Both the position numbers and the translations under genes were made by a program. From Patescibacteria group bacterium (GTDB lineage Bacteria > Patescibacteriota > Patescibacteriia > Patescibacteriales > UBA12465): a DNA stretch of 64,000 nucleotides. Below the pieces are notes generated by a model. That model saw only the letters and a list, made by a program, of their open reading frames with translations, was not told the origin of the DNA and did not search any database. The DNA lies in contig JBAZBP010000003.1 of assembly GCA_041671365.1 (NCBI GenBank), forward strand, positions 34,017 through 98,016. The letters are read 5' to 3'. Shown piece by piece: positions 62,211-64,000 of this stretch; positions within the stretch are counted from its first letter, which is position 1, and every line of letters begins with the position of its first letter.

Positions 62211-63230
62211 ATGTTAAAGTTAGAAAAAAATAAATCCCTAGCTCTTTATACGACTTTAAAAATCGGTCCGGCGGCCGAGTTTTTTGCAGTGATTAGAAGC
62301 CGGGAAGACTTACAAGAGGCGATTAGCTGGGCAAATAAGAATAACCAAGCCATTTGGATTTTAGGCGGCGGTTCTAATGTCTTAATTTCTCGAAAAATTA
62401 AAGGCTTAGTTTTAAAAAATGAAATTAAAGGCTTGGAGATAGTAGAGCGTAATAAAAATTATGTTTTAGTCGAAGGGAAGTCGGGAGAGCCCTGGACTAA
62501 GTTAGTTAATTTTACCGTGCAGCGCAATTTTTATGGTTTAGAAAATTTATTTTTGATTTATGGTACAGTCGGCGCCGCCCCCCTTCAAAATATCGGCGCT
62601 TACGGCGTAGAATTGAAAGATGTTTTTTATCATTTGAAAGCCATTGATTTAAAAACCGGTCAAGAAAGAATTTTCTCGCTGTCCGATTGCCGTTTCGCTT
62701 ATCGCCAGAGTATTTTTAAGAATAAACTGAAGGGCCGCTACTTTATTTATTCCGTGACCGTTAAGTTAAAGATCAAAGGAGAGCTGAAGCTGGATTATGG
62801 TTCTATTCGCGAAGAGTTGTTGAAAAAAAAGATTAATAATCCTAAATTGCGTGATGTCATTAAGGTAATTGAAAATATCCGTAATAGTAAATTGCCGAAC
62901 CCGGCAGTGTTTCCCAACGCCGGATCTTTCTTTAAAAATATTGAGATTAGTACGGCTAAATTTAAGAAGATTTTAAAGAAATATCCCGATATTCCACATT
63001 TTCCGGCCGCTCATAATAAAATAAAGATTCCAGCCGGCTGGTTGATCGAGATGGCCGGATTTAAGGGGAAGAAAATCGGTCCGGTCGGTATGCATGACCA
63101 GCAGGCGCTTATTCTAGTTAATTATCGGAACGCGAGCCCCCGCCAGGTTTTGGATTTTATCAAAAAGATAAAGGCGGCCGTTAAAAAAAAGTTTGCCCTT
63201 GATTTAGAGGAGGAAGTTAATATAATATAA
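62211..63230 (+). CDS. murB: UDP-N-acetylenolpyruvoylglucosamine reductase
   Basis: An FAD-binding PCMH-type N-domain (LGGGSNVLI), NIGAYGVE, and C-terminal NAGSFFKN...IPAGWLIE motifs. Confidence 0.9.
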   Translation: MLKLEKNKSLALYTTLKIGPAAEFFAVIRSREDLQEAISWANKNNQAIWILGGGSNVLISRKIKGLVLKNEIKGLEIVERNKNYVLVEGKSGEPWTKLVNFTVQRNFYGLENLFLIYGTVGAAPLQNIGAYGVELKDVFYHLKAIDLKTGQERIFSLSDCRFAYRQSIFKNKLKGRYFIYSVTVKLKIKGELKLDYGSIREELLKKKINNPKLRDVIKVIENIRNSKLPNPAVFPNAGSFFKNIEISTAKFKKILKKYPDIPHFPAAHNKIKIPAGWLIEMAGFKGKKIGPVGMHDQQALILVNYRNASPRQVLDFIKKIKAAVKKKFALDLEEEVNII

Positions 63231-63235
63231 ATCTT

Positions 63236-64000
63236 ATGACCTCAACCGAATTGCGCCAAAAATATTTAGATTTTTTTAAAAGCAAGAATCATACCGTGAT
63301 TTCGAGCGCCTCTTTAATTCCGGAAAACGATTCGTCTCTATTATTTACTAATTCCGGCATGTCTCCCTTAATTCCTTATCTCTTGGGAGAAAAACATCCG
63401 GCCGGAGAACGCTTGGTCAATAGTCAGAAATGTTTTCGAACCGAGGATATCGAAGAAGTCGGCGACAGCCGGCACAATACTTTTTTTGAAATGCTGGGCA
63501 ATTGGTCTCTCGGTGATTATTTTAAGAAAGAACAATTAACTTGGTGGTTTGAATTTATTTTTTCCGAATTAAAACTAGATCCGGCCAAAATTTATCAGAC
63601 CGTCTATGTCGGCAGTTCTGATAGTAAAATTCAGTCCGACCAAGAAACTATTATAATTCTTCAGGATTTATTTAAAAAATATGGCGTGACCAATGATGTC
63701 GGGGCAGCAACAACCGGACAGGGGGAATTAGGCTCGGGGCAAGAAATTGATTTTATTAAACAAAGAATTTTTCCGTATCGCGATAAAAATTGGTGGAAGC
63801 GCGGTGACGCTATCGGCGAACTCGGCGGTCCGGATAGCGAAACTTTTTATGATACCGGCCAAGAGCATAATCCGAAGTTTGGAAAATATTGTCATGTAAA
63901 TTGCGATTGCGGTCGATTTTTAGAAATCGGCAATTCGGTTTTTATGCAATACAAGAAAACCGCCGTGGGCTGGGAGGAATTAAAGAATAAAAATGTTGAT
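63236..64000 (+). CDS. alaS: Alanyl-tRNA synthetase, N-terminal part (runs off the window)
   Basis: This ORF is not in the track because it has no stop. From ATG 63236 the frame is open for 255 codons to the window end. It reads MTSTELRQKYLDFFKSKNHTVISSASLIPENDSSLLFTNSGM...FEMLGNWSLGDYFK, the AlaRS catalytic-core signature. Confidence 0.9.
   Translation, partial: MTSTELRQKYLDFFKSKNHTVISSASLIPENDSSLLFTNSGMSPLIPYLLGEKHPAGERLVNSQKCFRTEDIEEVGDSRHNTFFEMLGNWSLGDYFKKEQLTWWFEFIFSELKLDPAKIYQTVYVGSSDSKIQSDQETIIILQDLFKKYGVTNDVGAATTGQGELGSGQEIDFIKQRIFPYRDKNWWKRGDAIGELGGPDSETFYDTGQEHNPKFGKYCHVNCDCGRFLEIGNSVFMQYKKTAVGWEELKNKNVD

Noticed and set aside
1-64000. Window-wide search by eye for tRNA, rRNA, CRISPR arrays, IS elements/transposases/integrases, and signs of an alternative genetic code (UGA recoding as in some CPR lineages).
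   Set aside because: No intergenic gap is long enough or shows cloverleaf-like or repeat-spacer structure, other than the three hairpin elements. No transposase or integrase motifs appear in any ORF. Genes terminate normally at TGA (for example 2270..2272) and long ORFs are intact under the standard code.

Overview
This is an AT-rich, very gene-dense bacterial chromosome segment with about 60 protein genes, short intergenic gaps and several 4-nt start/stop overlaps. It reads cleanly with the standard code, with TGA used as a stop. The gene content suggests a streamlined Patescibacteria/CPR-like genome, but that is inference only. The supporting traits are small proteins, many glycosyltransferases, a eukaryote-like type-2 IleRS, a ProRS without the INS editing domain, peptidoglycan genes and no outer-membrane genes. 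Layout: 0.3-11.7 kb is a surface-glycan locus (flippase, 7 glycosyltransferases, 2 methyltransferases, convergent priming phosphotransferase) interrupted by a BRO-N family gene. 11.9-16.6 kb holds a large modular secreted protein, holB and a BNR-repeat lipoprotein. 16.6-21.5 kb holds frr, rseP, hpf and secA. 21.5-27.2 kb is a nucleotide-metabolism block: a ParB-like ORF bounded by duplicated secA 3' ends, MazG-like, ASCH, NUDIX, and class I RNR nrdB/nrdA with putative NrdR boxes. 27.4-34 kb holds ileS, lemA, htpX and a repeat-containing flotillin-like gene. 34.3-39.6 kb holds U32 peptidase, ruvA, a kinase-like ORF, a methyltransferase and proS. 39.6-42 kb is mreBCD. 42-45 kb holds sugar kinase and dTDP-sugar genes. 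45.1-50 kb holds an orphan receiver domain with a second mreB, a GT4 gene and an S8 protease with FG-GAP repeats. 50-55 kb holds a UXS-like epimerase and a minus-strand glycosylation operon headed by a degenerate PilB/GspE-like ATPase. 55-64 kb is a partial dcw cluster (mraY, ftsW, murG, murC, ABC exporter, murB) and the start of alaS. I recognised no rRNA, tRNA, CRISPR array, transposase or integrase. The most interesting signal is a three-copy family of ~112-nt intergenic hairpin elements at 18.4, 35.6 and 43.6 kb. Their internal loops are conserved while their stems covary completely, which points to a candidate undescribed structured RNA or DNA hairpin element. Secondary signals are the 28-bp duplication of the secA 3' end flanking a single inserted gene, an R2c-type (Phe in place of radical Tyr) RNR small subunit, an SPFH protein with tandem internal repeats, and the degenerate secretion-type ATPase coupled to glycosyltransferases.
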